In this document: positions 52,169 through 61,700 of the stretch, piece by piece
Position numbering within the stretch: the stretch's first letter is position 1
How the letters are laid out: each line of letters starts with the position of its first letter
Assembly (NCBI RefSeq): GCF_964213995.1
Contig: NC_135830.1
Span: 13,516,001-13,580,000 of the forward strand
From: Mustelus asterias
Lineage: Eukaryota
Direction of reading: 5' to 3'
Length of the DNA stretch: 64,000 nucleotides
Notes under the pieces: model-generated
What the model saw: only the letters and a program-made list of their open reading frames with translations
Database searches by the model: none
What the model was told of the DNA's origin: nothing
Position numbers and translations under genes: made by a program

Positions 52169-52868
52169 TTATGAAGGGGTTCAATAATCCACCAGGATTT
52201 CAGTGAGAAACCTCTTTACCAGCGAGTGGTGAGAATGTGGAACTCACTACCACAGCGAGTGGTTGAGGTGAACATCATGGATACATTGAAGGGGAAGCTG
52301 GATACATACATGAGGGAGAGAGGAATAGAAGGATATGCTGATGGGGGGAGATGAAGAGCGGTGGGTGGAGGCTCATGTGGAGCATAAATACTGACACAGA
52401 CCAATTGGGCCGACTGGCCCGGCCCTGTGCTGTAGACTCAATGGAACAGAGACAAATGTACTTACTTTAGATCTACCTGTAGTGGGAGGAAAAACATTAT
52501 TTACTGTCCAGGATAAAATAAATGTTCTTCATCAGTTTGTGTGGGTCATTTCAGTGGAAATGTGCTCTCCCAGGCTCAAAGAGCATCAGCCCACTGGAAG
52601 CAAAATTGTGAGACCAGCCAGTCCAGCAGAAAGAAACCCCCCGACCCTCCCGCTTCACCAACTGTCAGAATGAACATGGTTCAGTCCTGGATGTGATTAA
52701 CAGCAGCAATAACAGCAGAATCCAACCCCTATCATCACTTGTGAACTCGCTGGTGTCTCAGCAGGAGGGATGAACTGGTGAATTTCTTCCCACACACAGC
52801 AGCTGTGAATGGACTGGTGGATCATCAGTTCCTGAGAGCTTTTGAAACCATTCCCACAGTCAGAGCAG

Positions 52869-54395
52869 TTAAAGGGCCTCTCCTGGGTGTGAGGGACATT
52901 GTGTCTCAGCAGCTGGAGTATCGAGTGAATCCCTTCCCACACACAGAGCAGGTGAATGGTCTCTCCCAGTGTGAACTCGCTGGTGTCTCCTCAGTGTGCA
53001 TGCCCTTCCAAACCTCTTTGTGCAGTGAGAGCAGCTGAACGGTCTCTCCCCAGTGTGAATGCGCTGGTGATCTATCAGATGCTCAGAAATTTTGAAGCCA
53101 CTCCCACAGTCGGAGCATTTAAAGGGTCTTTCCTGGGAGTGAGTGACTTTGTGTCTCTGCAGGCTGGATAACCGTGTGAATCTGTTCCCACACTCGGAGC
53201 AGGTGAACGGTCTCTCCCCGCTGTGAACTTGCTGGTGAGTCAGCAGGGTGGATGAGTGAGTGAATCCCTTCCCACACTCGGTGCAGGTAAATGGTCTCTC
53301 CTCAGTGTGAAGGCGCTGGTGTGTCAGCAGGGTGAATGACTGACTGAATCCCTTCCCACACACAGAGCAGATGTACGGTCTCTCCCTGGTGTGAACTCGC
53401 TGGTGTCTCTGCAGTGTGGATGACCTCTTAAACCTCTTTGTGCAGAGAGAGCAGCTGAACGGTCTGTCCTCAGTGTGAATGCGCTGGTGGGACACCAGTT
53501 CCCCAGAAATTTTGAATTCACTCCCACAGTCCGAGCATTTAAAGGGCCTCTCACTGGTGTGAGTGACTTTATGACTCAGCAGGTTAGGTAAATTAGTGAA
53601 TCCCTTCCCACACACCGAGCAGGTGAATGGCCTCTCTCCGGTGTGAACTCGCTGGTGTGTCAGCAGGGCAGATAACTGCGTGAATCCCTTCCCACAGTCA
53701 GAGCAAGTGAACGGTCTCTCCCCGGAGTGAACTCGCTGGTGGTTCCGCAGGTTTGATGATGATCTAAATCTCATTGTGCAGAGAGAGCAGCTGAACGGTC
53801 TGTCCTCAGTGTGAATGCGCTGGTGGGACATCAGATCCCGAGAACTTTTGAAGCAACTCTCACAGTCAGAGCATTTAAAGGGTCTCTCATTGGTGTGAGT
53901 GACTTTGTGCGTCAGCAGGGCGGATGACCGAAAGAATCCCTTCCCACACAGATTGCAGGTGAACGGTCTCTCCCCAGTGTGAATTTGTTGGTGTGCCCGC
54001 AGTTCGGAGGACCGAGAGAATCCCTTCCCACACATGGAGCAGCTGAACGGTCTCTCCCCGGTGTGAACCCGCTGATGTCTCCGCAGTGTGGATGACCATT
54101 TAAATTTCATTGTGCAGAGAGAGCAGCTGAACAGTCTCTCCTCACTGTGAATGCGCTGGTGGGACACCAGTTCTCCAGAGCTTTTAAATCCGCTCCCACA
54201 GTCAGAGCATTTAAAGGGTCTCTCATTGGTGTGAGTGAGATTGTGACTCAGCAGGTGGGAGAACTTAATGTATCCCTTCCCACACACTGAGCAAGTGAAG
54301 GGTCTCTCCCGAGTGTGACTGCGTTGATGAATTTCCAAATCACAGGGCAACATGAATCCTTGTCCACAATCGTCACACTTCCACAGTTTCTCCAT
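52869..54395 (-). CDS. C2H2 zinc-finger protein (17 fingers, then a frameshifted/decayed tail to about 52740)
   Basis: 508-aa ORF starting MEKLWKC. A 1-nt deletion in the linker near 52965 and further lesions follow. Confidence 0.85.
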   Translation of the reverse strand: MEKLWKCDDCGQGFMLPCDLEIHQRSHTRERPFTCSVCGKGYIKFSHLLSHNLTHTNERPFKCSDCGSGFKSSGELVSHQRIHSEERLFSCSLCTMKFKWSSTLRRHQRVHTGERPFSCSMCGKGFSRSSELRAHQQIHTGERPFTCNLCGKGFFRSSALLTHKVTHTNERPFKCSDCESCFKSSRDLMSHQRIHTEDRPFSCSLCTMRFRSSSNLRNHQRVHSGERPFTCSDCGKGFTQLSALLTHQRVHTGERPFTCSVCGKGFTNLPNLLSHKVTHTSERPFKCSDCGSEFKISGELVSHQRIHTEDRPFSCSLCTKRFKRSSTLQRHQRVHTRERPYICSVCGKGFSQSFTLLTHQRLHTEERPFTCTECGKGFTHSSTLLTHQQVHSGERPFTCSECGNRFTRLSSLQRHKVTHSQERPFKCSDCGSGFKISEHLIDHQRIHTGERPFSCSHCTKRFGRACTLRRHQRVHTGRDHSPALCVGRDSLDTPAAETQCPSHPGEAL

Positions 54396-55460
54396 GATGC
54401 GGGTGTCCTTGTGACTCTCCAGGTTTGATGATCAGTTGAATCCTTGTCCACACAGAACACGTGTACGATCTCTCTTCACTGTAAATGGTGCAATGTTGTT
54501 TCAGCCTGTGTAACTGGTTAAAGCTCTTTCCACTATCAGTGGACTGGAACACTCTCATTCGGGTGTGTTCCAGTCACACTGATGTTTAAAATCTCCTTAA
54601 GCAAACAGATCAGACAAACATTGCTTTTCTAGATTCAAAGGTCGATGATATTCAGGTCCCAATAAATCGAATGACTCTGTCAAATCTTCATGTGATGTTT
54701 AGTTTGAAATTTCTGTCTATAAATCCTCACCTCCTGATATCTATGAAAGGAATTTACAACAGACATCATTGTCAGTACAGGATAGAAATTCAGAACAGAC
54801 AATTCTAGTTTCTATGGAACATTCTTTCCTCTCTCATTCTTCAAAAGCTGTCAATCTCCATCCCACACACTCTCCCTCAATTCTCACTCTGCTCTCCTGA
54901 GTATACAACCTCCCAAGTCTATTGAAGATGCTGATTCAGACTGATTAACGGATCCATGCTGACCACTTTCTATATTGGACACAGAGATCTGAAAACCTAT
55001 GTGTAACGACCGGCCTACACGCTAGAAATTAAAATCTGTGCCATATGTGGGACCGGATAACTGGATTGGGAGAAGGAGAAGGATGTGGGGAAGAATTTTA
55101 TTTTGGTGCAGAAAGGTCATTACCTGGAAGCCGCTGCCTCAGAGGGTTGTGGAAGTGCAAATGATCCATGATTAATCTTCAAGCTGACAGCCACGTTAAA
55201 GTTTTACATTTGGCCATAAATGAGCAGACTGATGCTGTGTGTAATGCACTGTATTACCTGGTTACAGATACATGAAGAATGTGAGGAGGATTTTTATTTA
55301 GGCAGCGAGTGGTGACCTGGAAGTTAAAAATTCAACAAGTCCCCAATTTCCCCCAGAATGCAAAAGAAATGCAAAAGGGGAACAAAGAAAGTGTTTTACT
55401 CACAGATGTTGGCCTCTTTTAGGTCAAAAGGAGCTCACGAACTATTTTTCAAATTGACAT

Positions 55461-55533
55461 CGAGCCAGCCAGGAGTTGAACCTGGAATCTTCTGATCCGT
55501 AGTCAGACGCGTTATCCATTGCGCCACTGACCC
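55461..55533 (-). tRNA. tRNA-Arg-ACG: tRNA-Arg(ACG)
   Basis: GGGTCAGTGGCGCAATGGATAACGCGTCTGACTACGGATCAGAAGATTCCAGGTTCAACTCCTGGCTGGCTCG, 73 nt. Matches vertebrate Arg-ACG as recalled except U4:G69 and A57. First T4 run lies about 32 nt downstream. Confidence 0.92.
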
Positions 55534-55682
55534 ACAGTCTCACAGATTTTGGAGACAGGAGGAAGTTTGAGCCTGTCTGAAGCTCAATCTTCATTCAGAG
55601 AGAGAAGCAGCAGCAGCTTTGCTGGGCAGGAATGAGCAGCTGAACAAGCTCATTGTGCAACTTCCGCATTCAGACAATGGGG

Positions 55683-55760
55683 AGCTCTGATTGGCTGGAG
55701 GACCTTCCCCGCACATGCGCAGCTTCCCCTCTCCCTTGGACATGCGCAGCCCCGGGCCTT
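55683..55760. promoter_or_regulatory. Candidate promoter (reverse CCAAT, two CATGCGCA NRF1-like motifs)
   Basis: GATTGGCTG near 55689, CATGCGCA at 55714 and 55741. Upstream of the minus-strand ZNF and tRNA. Confidence 0.45.
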
Positions 55761-55794
55761 GGGGGAGTGGACAGATTCAATCTTCCTCCTCTCT

Positions 55795-58700
55795 CCAACA
55801 TCTGTGAGTGGGAAAGATTGGATTGTCCAGCCAGTCCACCATATTGGCCGTTCGCTTTGCGTGTTGGCCAGTATAGTGTGCTCCAGGCAGGGGGCGGGCA
55901 GAGGATAAGGAGTTCAAGGCGGGCTTAATGCGCGCCTTGCGGTGAGCTTTTGGAAATGTGGCCGCTGGGAGGAACGCCTTGGTCGGCGTGAAGTTTCTGT
56001 TTCAAGTGCTTGGGTTCGTGACTTGTGCAAGAACTTTTTGTTTCGGCTGGGGCTTGTTGAATGCTGCTCTCGCTGGGATTTCTGTGCCTTGAAAGGCGTG
56101 GCCCGGGTGGATGCAGTCTCGGAGGGCCCAAGCCAGGGAGGAGCCATTTGGGAACTATGGTTTCGGAAGGTTCAGCCGCGGAAGGTGTGACCCCAGACGG
56201 TGCAGCCCCAGTGGGTGTGATTTTGGAAGTTCTGGCCCGGAGTGGTGGACTTTGGAGGACTGTAGTTGAGCGTTGTCGACTTCGGACGGTGGAATGTTGA
56301 TGGGCGAAGCTCTGGAAGGCGATGCCTCCGAAATGTTTCACAATTGTATGGTTGTTCATGGATTGTTTGTTATTGTAATATGTGGTTTTCCTGTTATGAT
56401 AGTTGGTGGTTTGTTCCGGCCCCCGTCTATTTTCTTGCGTTATTTGTGGCCTGGGGGGCATCCCCCCCTGGATAAAGTCACCCCCGGGGGGTGTGACATC
56501 CACTTGGGGAAAGTTCTGGGTGGTGAAGCCCCGGATATAGTAACACCAGAGGGATTTTATTCTCCGGGAGAAAAATTGGGAAGGCAGGCCCGAACTGAGT
56601 ACCCTGGAGAGACTCTCCCACCGCCCCGGCTGAAATTCCGGAAGGGATTCCGGATTGAGGAGGCGGGGTGGTTTCCCCCATTTCCCCCCTCCGGCTGAAC
56701 ATCCGTAAGGTGTAACCCCCGGATATGAGTACCACTGGAGGGTTGCATCCCCCGGCAGGTGGACAAACCCAGGGGACGGTGCCCTTATGCTTCAGTGTTT
56801 ATTTTTTGTTGTGTACAGTTGTAGTGTTGTGTTAATGTTTGTAGATTTGTAGATTATGATTTGTAAATGGAGGTGTATTTTGAGGGCAATGCCCTGGAAA
56901 ACTGTAATTGACGATGAACCCTTCCGAAATGGAAGGTAGTAATTGATAAATGGATGGTGTTAGCCATCGGTAATGTATTTTTCAGATTTGTTCTTTGTTC
57001 ATTTGTATTTGTTTTGTAATATCGTGTTTGTACTAACCAACGGAAAATCTTTGCATTGTTTGTGGCCTGGGGGTATCCCCCCCCCCGGATAGAGTGACCC
57101 CCGGGGGGTGTGACATCCAGTTGGGGAAAGTGTCCGGGGCACCCAGAGGGGTAACACCGGGGGGGTTTTGTTCTCCGGGAGAAAAATTGGGAAGGCAGGC
57201 CGAATTGAGTATCCCGGAGAGCTTTTCCCACCGCCCCAGCCGAAAATCCGGAAGGCAGTCCGGATTGAGTAGGTTCGGGGTGGTTTTCCTGTCCCCCCGC
57301 CTCCAGTCGAACATCCGTCAGGTGGAACCCCCGGACCTGAGTACCTCTGGAGGGTTGCATCCCCCGGCAGGGGAAAAACCCGGGAGGCGGTGCCCTGGAG
57401 GGCGGCGGATTTGCTGCAATGTTTATTCTTGTTGTGTTGTACTAATGTTTGTCACTTTGTAGATTATGATTTGTAATTGGAGGTGTATTGAGAGGGCAAT
57501 GCCCTGGAAAACTATGACCGTTAGTGAACCCTTCCGAAATGGAAGGTAGTAACTGATAAATGGATGGCGTTAGCCATTGGTAATGTATTTTTTCACATTT
57601 GTTCTTTGTGTATTTGTAACTGTTTTGCATTAACGTATTTGTAATAAACAAAAAGAAACCAACATCTGTGAGTGGGAAAGATTGGATTGTCCAGCCAGTC
57701 CACCATATTGGCCGTTCGCTTTGCGTGTTGGCCAGTATAGTGTGCTCCAGGCAGGGGGTGGGCAGAGGATAAGGAGTTCAAGGCGGGCTTAATGCGTGCC
57801 TTGCGGTGAGCTTTTGGAAATGTGGCCGCTGGGAGGAACGCCTTGGTCGGCGTGAAGTTTCTGTTTCAAGTGCTTGGGCTCGTGACTTGTGCAAGAACTT
57901 TTTGTTTCGGCTGGGGCTTGTTGAATGTTGCTCTCGCTGGGATTCCTGTGCCTTGAAAGGCGTGGCCCGGGTGGATGCAGTCTCGGAGGGCCCAAGCCAG
58001 GGAGGAGCCATTTGGGAACTATGGTTTCAGAAGGTTCAGCCGCGGGAGGTGTGACCCCAGACGGTGCAGCCCCAGTGGGTGTGATTTTGGAAGTTCTGGC
58101 CCGGAGTGGTGGACTTTGGAGGACTGTAGTTGAGCGTTGTCGACTTCGGACGGTGGAATGTTGATGGGCGAAGCTCTGGAAGGCGATGCCTCCGAAATGT
58201 TTCACAATTGTATGGTTGTTCATGGATTGTTTGTTATTGTAATATGTGGTTTTCCTGTTATGATAGTTGGTGGTTTGTTCCGGCCCCCGTCTATTTTCTT
58301 GCGTTATTTGTGGCCTGGGGGGCATCCCCCCCTGGATGGAGTCACCCCCGGGGGGTGTGACATCCACTTGGGGAAAGTTCTGGGTGGTGAAGCCCCGGAC
58401 ATAGTAACACCAGAGGGATTTTATTCTCCGGGAGAAAAATTGGGAAGGCAGGCCCGAACTGAGTACCCTGGAGAGACTCTCCCACCACCCCGGCTGAAAT
58501 TCCGGAAGGCAGTCCGGATTGAGCAGGCGGGGTGGTTTCCCCATTTCCCCCCTCCGGCTGAACATCCGTAAGGTGTAACCCCCGGATATGAGTACCACTG
58601 GAGGGTTGCATCCCCCGGCAGGTGGACAAATCCAGGGGACGGTGCCCTTATGCTTCAGTGTTTATTTTTTTGTTGTGTGCAGTTGTAGTGTTGTTAATGT

Positions 58701-61700
58701 TTGTAGATTATGATTTGTAAATGGAGGTGTATTTTGAGGGCAATGCCCTGGAAAACTGTAATTGACGATGAACCCTTCCGAAATGGAAGGTAGTAATTGA
58801 TAAATGGATGGTGTTAGCCATCGGTAATGTATTTTTCATGGATTGTTTGTTATTGTAATATGTGGTTTTCCTGTTATGATAGTTGGTGGTTTGTTCTGGC
58901 CCCCGTCTATTTTCTTGCGTTATTTGTGGCCTGGGGGGCATCCCCCCCTGGATAAAGTCACCCCCGGGGGGTGTGACATCCACTTGGGGAAAGTTCTGGG
59001 TGGTGAAGCCCCGGATATAGTAACACCAGAAGGATTTTATTCTCCGGGAGAAAAATTGGGAAGGCAGGCCCAAACTGAGTACCCTGGAGAGACTCTCCCA
59101 CCGCCCCGGCTGAAATTCCAGAAGGGATTCCGGATTGAGTAGGTTCGGGGTGGTTTTCCTTTCCCTCCCCTCCGGCCGAACATCCATTAGGTGGAATCCC
59201 CGGACATGAGTACCTCTGGAGGGTTGCAACCCCAGCAGGGGACAAACCCGGGAGGCGGTGCCCTGGAGGGTGGCGGAGATGCTGCAATGTTTATTTTTGT
59301 TGTGTTGTACTAATGTTTGTCACTTTGTAGATTATGATTTGTAATTGGAGGTGTATTTAGAGGGCAATGCCCTGGAAAACTGTGACCGTTAGTGAACCCT
59401 TCCTAAATTGAAGGTAGTGACTGATAAATGGATGGCGTTAGCCATTAGTAATGTATTTTTCACATTTGTTCTTTGTGTATTTGTAATTGTTTTGTATTAA
59501 CGTATTTGTAATAAACAAAAAGAAACCAACATCTGTGAGTGGGAAAGATTGGATTGTCCAGCCAGTCCACCATATTGGCCGTTCGCTTTGCGTGTTGGCC
59601 AGTATAGTGTGCTCCAGGCAGGGGGCGGGCAGGCAGAGGATAAGGAGTTCAAGGCGGGCTTAATGCGCGCCTTGCGGTGAGCTTTTGGAAATGTGGCCGC
59701 TGGGAGGAGCGCCTTGGTCGGCGTGAAGTTTCTGTTTCAAGTGCTTGGGTTCGTGACTTGTGCAAGAACTTTTTGTTTCGGCTGGGGCTTGTTGAATGCT
59801 GCTCTCGCTGGGATTCCTGTGCCTTGAAAGGCGTGGCCCAGGTAGATGCAATCTCGGAAGACCCAAGCCAGGGAGGAGCCATTTGGGAACTATGGTTTCG
59901 GAAGGTTCAGCCGCGGAAGGTGTGACCCCAGACGGTGCAGCCCCAGTGGGTGTGATTTTGGAAGTTCTGGCCCGGAGTGGTGGACTTTGGAGGACTGTAG
60001 TTGAGCGTTGTCGACTTCGGACGGTGGAATGTTGATGGGCGAAGCTCTGGACGGCGATGCCTCCGAAATGTTTCACAATTGTATGGTTGTTCATGGATTG
60101 TTTGTTATTGTAATATGTGGTTTTCCTGTTATGATAGTTGGTGGTTTGTTCCGGCCCCCGTCTATTTTCTTGCGTTATTTGTGGCCTGGGGGGCATCCCC
60201 CCCTGGATAAAGTCACCCCCGGGGGGGTGTGACATCCACTTGGGGAAAGTTCTGGGTGGTGAAGCCCCGGACATAGTAACACCAGAGGGATTTCTATTCT
60301 CCGGGAGAAAAATTGGGAAGGCAGGCCCGAACTGAGTAACCTGGAGAGACTCTCCCACCGCCCCGGCTGAAATTCCGGAAGGGATTCCGGATTGAGTAGG
60401 CGGGGTGGTTTCCCCCATTTCCCCCCTCCGGCTGAACATCCGTAAGGTGTAACCCCCGGATATGAGTACCACTGGAGGGTTGCATCCCCCGGCAGGTGGA
60501 CAAACCCAGGGGACGGTGCCCTTATGCTTCAGTGTTTATTTTTTGTTGTGTACAGTTGTAGTGTCGTGTTAATGTTTGTAGATTTGTAGATTATGATTTG
60601 TAAATGGAGGTGTATTTTGAGGGCAATGCCCTGGAAAACTGTAATTGATGATGAACCCTTCCGAAATGGAAGGTAGTAATTGATAAATGGATGGTGTTAG
60701 CCATCGGTAATGTATTTTTCAGATTTGTTCTTTGTTCATTTGTAATTGTTTTGTAATATCGTGTTTGTGCTAACCAACGGAAAATCTTTGCACTGTTTGT
60801 GGCCTGGGGGGTATCCCCCCCCTGGATAGAGTGACCCCCGGGGGGTGTGACATCCAGTTGGGGAAAGTGTCCGGGGCACCCAGAGGGGTAACACCGGGGG
60901 GGTATTGTTCTCCGGGAGAAAAATTGGGAAGGCAGGCCGAATTGAGTATCCCGGAGAGCTTTTCCCACCGCCCCAGCCGAAAATCCGGAAGGCAGTCCGG
61001 ATTGAGTAGGTTCGGGGTGGTTTTCCTGTCCCCCCGCCTCCAGTCGAACATCCGTCAGGTGGAACCCCCGGACCTGAGTACCTCTGGAGGGTTGCATCCC
61101 CCGGCAGGGGAAAAACCCAGGGGACGGTGCCCTTATGCTTCAGTGTTTATTTTTTTGTTGTGTACAGTTGTAGTGTTGTGTTAATGTTTGTAGATTTGTA
61201 GATTATGATTTGTAAATGGAGGTGTATTTTGAGGGCAATGCCCTGGAAAACTGTAATTGACGATGAACCCTTCCGAAATGGAAGGTAGTAACTGATAAAT
61301 GGATGGCGTTAGCCATTGGTAATGTATTTTTTTCACATTTGTTCTTTGTGTATTTGTAACTGTTTTGCATTAACGTATTTGTAATAAACAAAAAGAAACC
61401 AACATCTGTGAGTGGGAAAGATTGGATTGTCCAGCCAGTCCACCATATTGGCCGTTCGCTTTGCGTGTTGGCCAGTATAGTGTGCTCCAGGCAGGGGGCG
61501 GGCAGAGGATAAGGAGTTCAAGGCGGGCTTAATGCGCGCCTTGCGGTGAGCTTTTGGAAATGTGGCCGCTGGGAGGAACGCCTTGGTCGGCGTGAAGTTT
61601 CTGTTTCAAGTGCTTGGGTTCGTGACTTGTGCAAGAACTTTTTGTTTCGGCTGGGGCTTGTTGAATGCTGCTCTCGCTGGGATTCCTGTGCCTTGAAAGG

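Noticed and set aside
56513-56556. Twister-ribozyme-like words (AAGCCCCGGATA...TAACAC...GAGGG) and a possible TGGTG/CACCA pseudoknot
   Set aside because: Element order and loop do not fit the twister consensus, and the motif is not preserved in module A'. It cannot be supported without an Infernal search.
56445-56790. CRISPR-like repeat/spacer periodicity of about 60 bp
   Set aside because: The repeats are degenerate, the intervening segments resemble one another, the context is a vertebrate genome, and no cas genes are present.
55803-57664. Array unit as a tandem LTR (TGT...AATAAA...ACA)
   Set aside because: The apparent TG/CA termini lie within the 15-mer, which also exists as host sequence. 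No PBS, PPT or internal gag-pol is visible.
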